Source of the DNA: a virus
DNA: 64,000 nucleotides
Strand: one strand, 5' to 3'
Virus record (IMG/VR): IMGVR_UViG_3300005338_000001
Coordinates: 1-64,000 of that record
The translations under genes were made by a program, and so were the position numbers. This document shows, piece by piece, positions 1 to 9,280 of this stretch (positions within the stretch are counted from its first letter, which is position 1; the number at the start of each line of letters is the position of its first letter). The notes under the pieces are model-generated. The model was given only the letters and a program-made list of their open reading frames with translations, had not been told where the DNA came from and did no database searches.

Positions 1-9
1 TGTGAAGTT

Positions 10-786
10 TCATACGATTTGCGCCAGCCCCAGTTCCTTCATTTTCAGCACCGCTCTGTCGCGGATCATCTGGTTGGCACCTTCGCAGCGTCCGCATCCT
101 GACCCGTTGTGGATGCGCCACTTTTGCAGTTCCAATTCCGGTGGAGAAATGATGCGCCAATTTTTGTAGCACAAGCCGATCTCCAGCAGCTCCCCAACGT
201 CCCATCCGTGAATCGGAAAGGATTTGTCCGTGCAGCGCGAATCGTTTGCGCGGCGCAATTTCCATCGCCCGTCCTCCTTGACCGCATAACAGTCGTCCAT
301 GACATGAAATCCAACGTCAGAGGATGCAACCGCCTTTCGCCTGTACCCCACCATTCCGGTGGCGTGCGAACCAATCTGCCCCACGCCATCGGCAATCATG
401 GAACGGAAATAGCCAAGCAGATCGGCTCGGAACTCAATGTCGAAATGAGCGATGAACGCCCATTCGTGGTGTCCGCAGTTGTCGAGCATCCACTGGCACG
501 TCCACGCCACGTCACGGATGATGGCCGGATCGGGTTCTGGGTTCTCAGGATCAGGTGTGTGCCAGCGCATCCGCACATGATCTGGCGGTTCTGGCATTTG
601 GTGAACGGTGATGGCGAATGGCAGGCTGAGTCCGCAGATGTATTCCAAGACCTGTGGGGTGCAGTCCTTGTCGATGAAATGCACATGCACGTCCGACAAG
701 TCGCAATGCCTTTGAAGCGTGTGCATCATGATGGGGAGCAACACATCCACAAGTGGGCCATTGAGCGCGATGCACAGGTCGATCAT
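10..786 (-). CDS. Putative GT-A fold glycosyltransferase
   Basis: Hydrophobic N-terminal strand (IDLCIAL), HFIDK, FIAHFDIEF (DxD-like position) and late WDVG motif; overlaps the stop of the upstream GT gene. Confidence 0.5.
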   Translation of the reverse strand: MIDLCIALNGPLVDVLLPIMMHTLQRHCDLSDVHVHFIDKDCTPQVLEYICGLSLPFAITVHQMPEPPDHVRMRWHTPDPENPEPDPAIIRDVAWTCQWMLDNCGHHEWAFIAHFDIEFRADLLGYFRSMIADGVGQIGSHATGMVGYRRKAVASSDVGFHVMDDCYAVKEDGRWKLRRANDSRCTDKSFPIHGWDVGELLEIGLCYKNWRIISPPELELQKWRIHNGSGCGRCEGANQMIRDRAVLKMKELGLAQIV

Positions 787-1547
787 GCGGGTATCGGCGT
801 GTGCTTGTCGGACTTGTCCAGCGCGTCGTAGGCGGCGATGTCGGCCTTGCGCTGCTCTGGCTCCATTTTCTTGTACGCGAGATGATAGTGATCAATGAAC
901 GGCCCCTGCATCGGATCGTCCTCGATGTAGTCCGGGTCTTTGCCGGTATTGCTGTCCCATGCCCGTTCGTGCATTCGGGGAATGGTCGTGAATCCCATGC
1001 CGACTTTGGACTTCATGCACCGCATTTGAAAGTCCCGAATCAACATCCAGTTTTCGCACGGCTGCTTCATGCCGAAACCGAACCAGTGCCGGCGCGAGAA
1101 CCGCACGGCTCTGATGCCTTTCTGCTCAGCCTCCGCGATCTTGGCATTCAGCAAGTCCCGATGATGATACGTACGGCCCGTGTCGGTGACGATAAGTTTC
1201 GGATGTTGCTGCGCCGGGTAACGGTCAGTTCCTTCGCAGCGCAGTTCCGGAAGTGTGACGCCCATGCGCTCGTCTATATCCATCACCACACACCAGTCAG
1301 ACTTCACGCTGTTGAGCAACTGACTCCGCACCGCTCCGAATCCGTTCGACAGATTCCAGAGCGGCGGGTGTGGCAGTCCCCACTTGCGGATGATGTCCAG
1401 AGACCCGTCTGTGGATGGCGTCATGTCCATCGAACAGTCGGCCAAGAAAACCTCATTAAAAAATGAGGTAGCCATTTCGAGGAATCCCGGCAGTGCGTTG
1501 GCTTCGTCTCGGAATGAAGCTGCTACAGCAATGGTTGGAGCACTCAT
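783..1547 (-). CDS. GT2-like glycosyltransferase
   Basis: Start reassigned to ATG 1547; IAVAASFRDEANALP, STDGSLDII, SDWCVVMDIDE (DxDE), MHE and IDHYH match the usual GT2 motif order. Confidence 0.78.
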   Translation of the reverse strand: MSAPTIAVAASFRDEANALPGFLEMATSFFNEVFLADCSMDMTPSTDGSLDIIRKWGLPHPPLWNLSNGFGAVRSQLLNSVKSDWCVVMDIDERMGVTLPELRCEGTDRYPAQQHPKLIVTDTGRTYHHRDLLNAKIAEAEQKGIRAVRFSRRHWFGFGMKQPCENWMLIRDFQMRCMKSKVGMGFTTIPRMHERAWDSNTGKDPDYIEDDPMQGPFIDHYHLAYKKMEPEQRKADIAAYDALDKSDKHTPIPA

Positions 1548-1552
1548 TTTTT

Positions 1553-2167
1553 CTAGGGTCGCACAAGTGTAAAAAATCCTGTCGAGTGCCGAGCCTTCGC
1601 TGCTGCCGGCTTGATGCCGTGAATGTTGTAGCTGGCGTTGATGTTGAAGTCCGGCGCATGGTCCTCCAGAAAGCTGATCCACTGCTCCATCGGCCATCGA
1701 ATCACGTGCGTGACGTCCATCTCGTCCTCGGGACGCACGTACCTTCCGTCCGTAACGGAAGTGAGCGGCACGATGAAGAGCATTCCCTTGGTGATCTTGT
1801 CGTTCAGCGCTTCGATCAGGATGCCGAGATCAAGGATCGGAATATGCTCGATGCAATCTTTAGAAAGCAGCCAGTCGAAGGACCGTTTTGGGAACTCGTT
1901 GGACATGTATTCCGCCACTTCCGCGTCGCAGTTCTGCACCGCCCATTCAGAGATGTCGTATCCGAACGCGCGGTAGCCCAGCATCCGCATGGCGCGGACG
2001 TAGTACCCGCGGCTGGCCCCGCAATCCAGAACGCTGTCACCGCGGCGGAAGTTCAGGTACTCGGCGATCTTCTTGCAAGCCGGCACTGTGAGGTCTGGCT
2101 TCCACGAGTAGTCCTTGTAGTTGCTGCCCTCCCCTCTCAGAAAGTATCCTTCCGTGAACGGATTCAT
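1553..2167 (-). CDS. Class I SAM-dependent methyltransferase
   Basis: VLDCGASRG motif I, GYDISEWA motif II, FDWLLSKDCIEHI motif. Confidence 0.85.
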   Translation of the reverse strand: MNPFTEGYFLRGEGSNYKDYSWKPDLTVPACKKIAEYLNFRRGDSVLDCGASRGYYVRAMRMLGYRAFGYDISEWAVQNCDAEVAEYMSNEFPKRSFDWLLSKDCIEHIPILDLGILIEALNDKITKGMLFIVPLTSVTDGRYVRPEDEMDVTHVIRWPMEQWISFLEDHAPDFNINASYNIHGIKPAAAKARHSTGFFTLVRP

Positions 2168-2460
2168 GCCGCTCCCATCAGGCTCAGCTTGGTCGCCACT
2201 TCCTGCTCTGTGTGCAGCTTGAACAGATTCGTCTCAGGCCACCTCAGCCCCTCAGCCGCGTCGTCGAACGGAGGACTGTAGAAGGCATCGTTGTTGCCCT
2301 TCCAGATGTAGTGCTGGCGCTTGTCCGGATCGGTGCTGTGGCAGAGCACGTAGGCGTGGGGTGCTGGCAGCGGCGGCAACGCCACCATGTCGTCCCAGTG
2401 CTTGTCCTTGTTGATGCGCAGCTTGGGCTTGTCAGCGCCGTTGCGGGTATGGTCTTTCAT
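2164..2460 (-). CDS. Hypothetical protein
   Basis: ATGA-coupled to neighbours in the minus-strand operon. Confidence 0.55.
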   Translation of the reverse strand: MKDHTRNGADKPKLRINKDKHWDDMVALPPLPAPHAYVLCHSTDPDKRQHYIWKGNNDAFYSPPFDDAAEGLRWPETNLFKLHTEQEVATKLSLMGAA

Positions 2461-2717
2461 GCGGGAACGGAGAGTGCGTACAGTGGAGGTGGTTGGTAGG
2501 CTGGCCATTCCTGCGGAAGCGTTTGGCGGTTCACTTCATTGTCGTGCCGGCAGATCGGGCAATTCCAGAACCAGAATTGCACGCTGATTGACTCGGGATG
2601 AGTGCCGCACTCCAAAGAGATGCGCTTGTCTTGAACGTCGTTGCTTTCTACCAGAATTTCTGAGTTGCATTTTCGGCAATTCATTTCGAGTCCCGGTCGT
2701 TTGGAGATGATCTTCAT
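2457..2717 (-). CDS. Small zinc-ribbon protein
   Basis: CRKC...CPIC pairs; coupled start/stop. Confidence 0.6.
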   Translation of the reverse strand: MKIISKRPGLEMNCRKCNSEILVESNDVQDKRISLECGTHPESISVQFWFWNCPICRHDNEVNRQTLPQEWPAYQPPPLYALSVPA

Positions 2718-2947
2718 GTTGCTTTGCTATTTTCGATCACCTCAAACGCATCCCTGTTGCAAAACACAACGGTTTCGCGATGCACCTTTCCCGAGTCCGT
2801 CATAAAGCTGTGTATGTCGTAGAACGCTTCGTCAAGCGGATGGCCGATAACAAAACCACCACTGAGGCCCATGATCGTCATCTCAAGGTCGTCGCCATGC
2901 ACTGCACGGATTTCGTGCAGCTTTGAAAGGAGTTCGTCGAGTCTCAT
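2714..2947 (-). CDS. Hypothetical protein
   Basis: ATG 2947 overlaps the upstream stop; operon packing. Confidence 0.5.
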   Translation of the reverse strand: MRLDELLSKLHEIRAVHGDDLEMTIMGLSGGFVIGHPLDEAFYDIHSFMTDSGKVHRETVVFCNRDAFEVIENSKAT

Positions 2948-3129
2948 GGGCCTATGTATTCTTGGCGCGTCCAATGGGACCATTCCTTGAAGAACGCAAC
3001 GCGCTGGCCATTCAGTGAAAAGACGAGCCAGTTGCCTTGCTCTTCCATCGTGTCGGCGATGACTGCAACAAAGGTGCCGGTCCCATCTTTGACCTGATAG
3101 CAATACTGCTTGAAGGCGGATTCGCTCAC
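2944..3129 (-). CDS. Hypothetical protein
   Basis: GTGA coupling with the upstream ORF, GGAG upstream. Confidence 0.5.
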   Translation of the reverse strand: MSESAFKQYCYQVKDGTGTFVAVIADTMEEQGNWLVFSLNGQRVAFFKEWSHWTRQEYIGP

Positions 3130-3497
3130 GTGATCTCCTTTTCTGTGAACACGCGCTGAAACTGCCGCATGATCCAGTCCCAGCCGATAACGCTTCCGTT
3201 TATCTCGATGCCGAGGTCGGTGGCCTCGCAATCGAAACTGTCGTTGTAGTCCCCAGCGGCCCACGTGATCTCGTAGAGGTTCTTGTTCTCAAGTTCCTTG
3301 TCGCGCTTATCATCTTCACGCATCATGCGGCGACTGTGCTCTGAACCTTCCTCCATCGACCGTTTCCGCCTCTCCTGCCATTCATCCTGCTCGCGTTGCC
3401 ATTCGGGCGCGAGTTCAGACAGCAACGCCGCGATCTTTTCGGGATCGATTTGTCGCGCTGCTTTGTTTTCCTGAATTGTCGTGTTGGTGTCCATCAC
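3126..3497 (-). CDS. Hypothetical protein (charged helical)
   Basis: 123-aa ORF in the operon. Confidence 0.55.
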   Translation of the reverse strand: MMDTNTTIQENKAARQIDPEKIAALLSELAPEWQREQDEWQERRKRSMEEGSEHSRRMMREDDKRDKELENKNLYEITWAAGDYNDSFDCEATDLGIEINGSVIGWDWIMRQFQRVFTEKEIT

Positions 3498-3699
3498 TCG
3501 AAAATGCTGGCCGCTTCCGTGAAGGTCATCGGCGCTTGTTGAGTCGCACTCTGTTCGCCTTGCGCAGATTCTTCAACGCAGCCCGGCGTTTTTTCACGGA
3601 CGTGCTGCTCCCGCCCTTCTGGCAAAACTCCTTGTGATTCATACATGGATGCTCTCGTAACCGTTTGCCAAGCGGTTGTCACGAACTCTTTTCAACTTT

Positions 3700-5076
3700 C
3701 TACGGCTTCCACTCACCAGTGTTGATGCCTCTGGCGACCCGCTCGGAGAATGTGAGGTTCTTGTCCTTATCCTCTTGGCTCTGCGGTTCACGCGGCGCAT
3801 CGCCGCCAGCCCCCACAGTGGCAGACGATCCCTTTAGTTCCTGCACGTAGGCGTTCAGCCGCTCGATCTCGGCGTCCTTCACCTGAATCTCGCCTTCGTA
3901 GTGCTTGATCGTCATCGGCAGCACTGCGGCTTGCGCAGACAGCCGCGCCTGCTCGTACTGCGACTGGTTGTTCAGCCACGTGTTGTCGGCCTGCTTCACG
4001 AAGTCCCGTACCTGCGCCAGTTCGGCGTTCCACGCTTCGTCGCCTTCCTTCTCTTTCAGGAACGGCGCGGCAGATTCGATGGCTTCGCTCCAGACCTTCG
4101 GTAGCGCCTCGGCGCGTTCGGTCGCGATGGCGGCGCGCTTCAGTGACTCGGCTTCGGACTGTTGCCGAACATAGTCGTCGTAGCGCTGCTTGCCGCCGGC
4201 CTCAATGGTCGCTTGGTGGCGTGTCAGTTTCGTGTGGCGCTTCAAAAGGTCGCCAAGGTCTTGCTGCACCAGATTATTCCACCCTTCCGTGACTTCCTCG
4301 AATTTCGCATCCTTCGCCGTGCCCCTAAGGTTCGCCAGTTCGATCAGCATCGCGGCGTCCACCTCGCGCTCCTCTGCGAATGCCTTGAATTCCTCCCGCA
4401 GCGCCGCCATCGGCTTCTCCACCTCATCCATCCACATCTTCGTCTTCTTGACGTTGGTGCCGCCGAGTTCGGTTTCGTAACGCTCGCGTTCCTTCTCGAA
4501 TTCGCTGAGCTTCTTTTGCAGCGCTGCGACCGCTTCCTCGTCCTTCACTGGCGCACGGCTTTCCAGTGCCTTGATCTTGGCTTCCAGTTCCGGGATGACG
4601 GACGCCTGCTTGCGCTTGAAGTCTCGGTTCTCGTACACAAGCGGCTTGAAGGCTGCCGCTTGCGCAGGAGACATGTTCTTAGTCGAGGTCTCGATGTGCT
4701 TGTCGAGTTCTGCGTCAGTCGATTCGGCGGTGATGACTTTGGTTTCCACTGGTGCCTCGATCTTCAGCGGCTTCTCTTTCACCACTTCACCGACTGTTGT
4801 TTCAGGCTTCGGTTCCGGTTTCTTGCCCGCCCGTTCGGCAAGCTTCTGTTCCAGATTTGTTTCGTCCGCGCTCGGGTCTGCGCTGAGCAGGCTCAGTACA
4901 TCGGACAGTCCCGGCCCTCCGACTTGAAACTTGTTCGGACCCTTGGACAGTTCATCCGGCGTCGGTGGGGGCGCAAGCAGCGCAGTTGAGGGCGGCGCTG
5001 GTGTCGCGGCAGCAGGAGGCGCTTGCTTGGTTGCCTTGGCGGGTTTCGTGGGGGCTGGCAGTGTGGTAGCTGGCAT
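3700..5076 (-). CDS. Capsid scaffolding-like coiled-coil protein
   Basis: Pro/Ala/Lys-rich N-terminus, long E/K-rich coiled coil, position two genes downstream of the probable portal. Confidence 0.55.
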   Translation of the reverse strand: MPATTLPAPTKPAKATKQAPPAAATPAPPSTALLAPPPTPDELSKGPNKFQVGGPGLSDVLSLLSADPSADETNLEQKLAERAGKKPEPKPETTVGEVVKEKPLKIEAPVETKVITAESTDAELDKHIETSTKNMSPAQAAAFKPLVYENRDFKRKQASVIPELEAKIKALESRAPVKDEEAVAALQKKLSEFEKERERYETELGGTNVKKTKMWMDEVEKPMAALREEFKAFAEEREVDAAMLIELANLRGTAKDAKFEEVTEGWNNLVQQDLGDLLKRHTKLTRHQATIEAGGKQRYDDYVRQQSEAESLKRAAIATERAEALPKVWSEAIESAAPFLKEKEGDEAWNAELAQVRDFVKQADNTWLNNQSQYEQARLSAQAAVLPMTIKHYEGEIQVKDAEIERLNAYVQELKGSSATVGAGGDAPREPQSQEDKDKNLTFSERVARGINTGEWKP

Positions 5077-5085
5077 AGGTCAGGA

Positions 5086-5418
5086 TTATTTGGTTTTGCG
5101 TGAAATTTGTTTGTGAGGAGGCTCTGGATCGTCCTGCATGAAGGCCGCGTTCCACCCGTCGTATTCCTCCTGCCGTTCCGGCTGCTTTGGTGCCGCCGTC
5201 GCCAACACCCGCAGCGTCCGCAGTGTCGCGTAGCCACCCGCGCTGTAGGCTCCCATGCGGGTTGCGGCGGCATCGCTCATACTCTCCGGCATCCGCGGCT
5301 CCAGTGTCCGTTTCACCAGCGCCTCAGCTTCCCGGTAGATCGGGTTGTCGAGCAGTTTGGCGAGGGCTTCGTGGAAGCGTGGTTCGGTGCGGAACTGTTT
5401 GGGTGTCAGATCGGGCAT
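5086..5418 (-). CDS. Hypothetical head-module protein
   Basis: 110-aa helical ORF between portal and scaffold, a position usually filled in podovirus-like head modules. Confidence 0.55.
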   Translation of the reverse strand: MPDLTPKQFRTEPRFHEALAKLLDNPIYREAEALVKRTLEPRMPESMSDAAATRMGAYSAGGYATLRTLRVLATAAPKQPERQEEYDGWNAAFMQDDPEPPHKQISRKTK

Positions 5419-5428
5419 GTCAGGTGAA

Positions 5429-7828
5429 TCAATAATCCGGCGTGTGCATCGTGGCGTTTGTCACGATGTCGCTCTGTGAAGCTGGCGGTAGCGCTGCCGC
5501 CAGTTCGGCGTTGTGCTTGTTCACCTTGAGGGCAATGTCGGCGTCTGTCTTGCGCTTGTCGTTCTGAATCCGTGCCTGCACGTTTGCGACACTGAGCATC
5601 TGATCGGTCTGCGCCTTCCGCACCACGGCCTCCAGCTTCGCCTGCTCAGTTTTGATCTTCGCCACCTGCACCGGATCGGGCGTCTCCTGTTGCGCTGCTT
5701 CCTGCGCCTGCTCGTCCAGCACCTTGTGAAGCTGTCGCACGAACGTCATCCAGATGGCGGCGTAGTCTTTCAACGCTTTGCGGTACGCGCCATAGACTGC
5801 CGCTCGGGTCGGATCGCCGGACATTGCGGCGACGTGCTGTTCGCAGTGCGGGATCGCGATGCTGAGGAACGCGATGTACGGCTGAAGTTCCGTGATGTCG
5901 CCTTGTTCGCCATTGTCCCGCCAGTCTTGCAGGATTTGGATCGAGGATGCGATGTTCGGGATCGTGGGTGCATCTCCGTCCCCAAGATGCACCATCGCGT
6001 GAACCGTGTGGTTCTGTCCGGCTATTGGCTGAATGTTTCCGCCTGAAAAGAATTCCGCGTTCTCCATCTGCGCGTTCCACTGCTCATCGGATGGGCGTGG
6101 CTTCAGGGACCGACCTCGGTAACGAAGTGCATTCCTCAACCCTACTTCCTGCACGTCCAGATCGAACAGCACCCTCGGGCGGCCCACTTCGTCGTAGGTG
6201 CTGAGGCGAGACAACAGGCGTTGTCCGATGGCTTGCTTGCTTCCAGGTGATCCACCCCCAATGGCTCGCACCTCTTCAATGCGCTGCACCGACAGAATCA
6301 TATCGACCGTGACTCCGTAGGCCGCGCATCGCTCCACGAAGTCCTGCACTTCCGGGTAGTCGCCGAACCGTTTCTTGCGCACGATCTCACTGGAGCGCCG
6401 CCACATTTCCCGAAATGACCTTCTTCGGGATCGGTAAAACATGTTGAGTGCGCCGGTGGACAGCACGGCCTCCAGACCTTGCTCGGCTTGTAGCTCGTAA
6501 GCCGTCCGCGCCTGCCGGTTCTGCTGAACACCTCGCGCCTGATAGCTTGGCGCAACGTTCTGCATCATCATTCGCATGTCGGCGGCGACCGGCAGGGTTG
6601 TGCGGGTATGATCCTGCCACTGATGCTCAACGAAATCAACCTCGTGCGAAATGACAGCGATTGGTCCGCTCATGGTAATCGGATCAACGTCCAACAAGTC
6701 GTTGTTTGTAGCTTTCAGGAATGTACGTCCAGTCAGCTTCACGTTGTCCAGCGTCGCGCAGGCCATCTTGTTCAACTCTTGGATGAACGGGAACATCTTG
6801 TAGCCGTAGCCACGAATCTGGTGATACTGCCCCACTCCTATGTTCAGACAGAATGCAGTGTAAGGATTTTGGCCTTTCTTGAACCGCCCCAGCTTCACGT
6901 AAAGGAAATCGTCCACCCCTTTGTCTTGAGGAAGCGTGTCGCGCTCGATGATGTGATGCGAAATGCTGCCGTCATACTCACGGCTCCATGAGTGGACGAT
7001 TCGGACACGGGCAGCGTCGTGCTGATTCGCCCACAGGTCGTTGTTCTTCAACCACGCCGATACCTTGTCCCATTGGAGTGTCCAGTCCACTGGCAGCGGT
7101 TTGTCGCCGTAGATCGTCGCCCGCACCAGCGCCTTGCGGCAAGCCTCTACATTCCATCCCATTTCCTTCGCGGCACTCTCGTTCCTGATGCGCGAGTAGA
7201 GTTGGCTTGGCAACAGAGTTTCTTCGATCAGGAAAGTGTCGATGTGCTTCTCGGACGCCTTTGTGCCGCGGGGGATGTAGCAGTTTCCCCATCCGGTCGC
7301 ATCCGGCATCCATCCGTCGTCGTCGGTATGGTAGAGGAAACCCACTCCATGCCGCAGGAACTCCACCGCGAGAAGCTGATTTGTCTTGTCAAACTCCTCA
7401 TGGTCCCGCGCCATCTTTGTCCACTCCGCTGCGATCACGTCCTCAGCGTACTCGCGCTCTGCGTCATCCATCACGCCGATGGGTAACTCGACCGAGATCA
7501 ATACCGGGGTATTGTCGTCCAGATCGTTGTACTGGGTCAATGCTTGCTGCATCCGCGCATCGCCTTCGCCGAGATTGATGTTGGTCCGATCCGCGTTGCC
7601 GCTCCGAGCCAATGAGTCCGCCGTGTAAGGCGGTTTTCCGTCCAGCGCGTTGTTGATCCCGTACCGCTGCATGGAGGATTTGGAATCGTCCAGCACCGCT
7701 TTCTGCATGATGTCCCTCAGCGCTTTGGCGGAACTGAGGCGACCAAGCTTTGGTTTCCCGCTCTCTGGAAACGGTTCCATCATTATGGAACCTGTGCTTG
7801 GAGTCTTTTTGCTCGGCGCTTTTGGCAT
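5429..7828 (-). CDS. Probable portal protein
   Basis: 799 aa downstream of terminase; mixed alpha/beta core, RTAYELQ segment like the TATE motif of P22/T7-type portals, Q/A-rich helical C-terminal tail. Confidence 0.65.
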   Translation of the reverse strand: MPKAPSKKTPSTGSIMMEPFPESGKPKLGRLSSAKALRDIMQKAVLDDSKSSMQRYGINNALDGKPPYTADSLARSGNADRTNINLGEGDARMQQALTQYNDLDDNTPVLISVELPIGVMDDAEREYAEDVIAAEWTKMARDHEEFDKTNQLLAVEFLRHGVGFLYHTDDDGWMPDATGWGNCYIPRGTKASEKHIDTFLIEETLLPSQLYSRIRNESAAKEMGWNVEACRKALVRATIYGDKPLPVDWTLQWDKVSAWLKNNDLWANQHDAARVRIVHSWSREYDGSISHHIIERDTLPQDKGVDDFLYVKLGRFKKGQNPYTAFCLNIGVGQYHQIRGYGYKMFPFIQELNKMACATLDNVKLTGRTFLKATNNDLLDVDPITMSGPIAVISHEVDFVEHQWQDHTRTTLPVAADMRMMMQNVAPSYQARGVQQNRQARTAYELQAEQGLEAVLSTGALNMFYRSRRRSFREMWRRSSEIVRKKRFGDYPEVQDFVERCAAYGVTVDMILSVQRIEEVRAIGGGSPGSKQAIGQRLLSRLSTYDEVGRPRVLFDLDVQEVGLRNALRYRGRSLKPRPSDEQWNAQMENAEFFSGGNIQPIAGQNHTVHAMVHLGDGDAPTIPNIASSIQILQDWRDNGEQGDITELQPYIAFLSIAIPHCEQHVAAMSGDPTRAAVYGAYRKALKDYAAIWMTFVRQLHKVLDEQAQEAAQQETPDPVQVAKIKTEQAKLEAVVRKAQTDQMLSVANVQARIQNDKRKTDADIALKVNKHNAELAAALPPASQSDIVTNATMHTPDY

Positions 7829-8691
7829 TTGTTCAGGCGTTTGGACAGGAACGGAGATTCACCCAGCGTTTTAAGCACTTCCGATCCTTCAGGGCAAGCA
7901 ATCTTTTGTCTTAGCTTTAGACATTCGATCAAGGTGCCGTCCTTGCAGCCGTGCAGCACCATCGCGCCGATCCGCACCTCGTGGTCAATCGCCTGTCCGG
8001 TCTGTGTGAATCTCAGTGTCACTTTGCTGCAACGGATTTGCAGTGGCTTTCCGGAACGACCGCTGAACGGACAAAGGTGATACCGGCCCGTGCTCCAGTT
8101 GTGCTGAATCAATTTCGTGTCACGGACGTGTGGCATGATGTCCTGCGAGATGGCGTGATCGAACGCGAATGACGGACGTAGATGCAGGCGTGTGAACTGT
8201 TCCAAAACTGGCGGATAAATGGCTGTGCCGACCAGATGCTCGCCGACTTTAATGCGTTCGTTTCCGACTACGTTGAAGGTGTCCTGAACGCATCCAAGGA
8301 ACGGTTTGCTGAGGTCTTGGTTGTATAGGTCTGCCAACACGTCCATCCATCTGGCGTGCATTGGCGTGCAGTCCGGTTCAAAGAAGTACCACGGGCATCG
8401 CAGTTCCGGCACAGCGGCAATCATCTTGGCTGTCTCACGAAAGATCACGTTGGCGGCAGTTGGCCACGTCTGCTCGTGATCCTTGATCGTGACGGTTAAG
8501 GCGCGGGGCGGTTCCTGCCAGTCCATCGCCTTGAAGTGATCGACGATTGGCGCGCGTTTCTCTGGCGGCAGTTCAGATGACCAGACCAGCAGCGCCTTGT
8601 GGCGACCATACGGGCCGAGTGTCCTCATCCATTCGGCGACTTGCAGCGCCAGATGTGCGTCAACGGACGAGACTGGAAAGACGAGGAGCAT
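7783..8691 (-). CDS. Putative glycosyltransferase-like protein
   Basis: MLLVFPV start, WYFFEPDCTP (DxD-like), GTAIYP, AFD and VLHGCKDG motifs consistent with GT-A fold enzymes. Confidence 0.5.
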   Translation of the reverse strand: MLLVFPVSSVDAHLALQVAEWMRTLGPYGRHKALLVWSSELPPEKRAPIVDHFKAMDWQEPPRALTVTIKDHEQTWPTAANVIFRETAKMIAAVPELRCPWYFFEPDCTPMHARWMDVLADLYNQDLSKPFLGCVQDTFNVVGNERIKVGEHLVGTAIYPPVLEQFTRLHLRPSFAFDHAISQDIMPHVRDTKLIQHNWSTGRYHLCPFSGRSGKPLQIRCSKVTLRFTQTGQAIDHEVRIGAMVLHGCKDGTLIECLKLRQKIACPEGSEVLKTLGESPFLSKRLNKCQKRRAKRLQAQVP

Positions 8692-8697
8692 TCCTTG

Positions 8698-9042
8698 TTA
8701 CGCGCTAGTGGATGGAATTCCCCCGTTGGCGATGCAAGCGCTCGCGACTGGTTCTTTCGTCAACGCCTGCGCCTGCTCAAGTAACGCCACAGCTTTCGCC
8801 AGCAACTCCGGAATAGGGCGAAGGTTATCTCTGAGATTTATTCCAGCATACCAGTCATGAATCTGGCGCGTGATTGCAATGAGTGGCCCCATCGCCATTT
8901 CTGCCGATGCGGAGTGAACGGCCAGTTCTCGAACCTTGCATGGATCTCCGTCCATCGCGACGATTCCGGTTGCGTTTGGGTTGATGAAATCGCCGAGAAC
9001 TCGGAGATAGAGTGGCTTGTACGGTGTCAGGTTTGGTTTCAT
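8698..9042 (-). CDS. Hypothetical protein
   Basis: 114-aa ORF in the operon. Confidence 0.5.
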   Translation of the reverse strand: MKPNLTPYKPLYLRVLGDFINPNATGIVAMDGDPCKVRELAVHSASAEMAMGPLIAITRQIHDWYAGINLRDNLRPIPELLAKAVALLEQAQALTKEPVASACIANGGIPSTSA

Positions 9043-9045
9043 AAA

Positions 9046-9273
9046 TCAGTCTTCTTTCCTGCCTTTCATCCGCACGATCTCGTTCATGTTTTTGGAGATT
9101 TCATCCAAAGTTTTCTTCATGTCCCCACCGTGCATGGATGCACTCAGGCTGATCTGTGCGGCTGCCAGCCCCATCGAAAGGGCCGGATAGCCGTTGGGGT
9201 CGTTGATGTACTTCAGCATCACGATGTCGAGGTCTTTGAGGATGTCTTTGCAGAGCTGTTGGTTGTGTTTCAT
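9046..9273 (-). CDS. Hypothetical protein
   Basis: ATG 9273 just after the terminase stop. Confidence 0.5.
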   Translation of the reverse strand: MKHNQQLCKDILKDLDIVMLKYINDPNGYPALSMGLAAAQISLSASMHGGDMKKTLDEISKNMNEIVRMKGRKED

Positions 9274-9280
9274 GTTTTGT

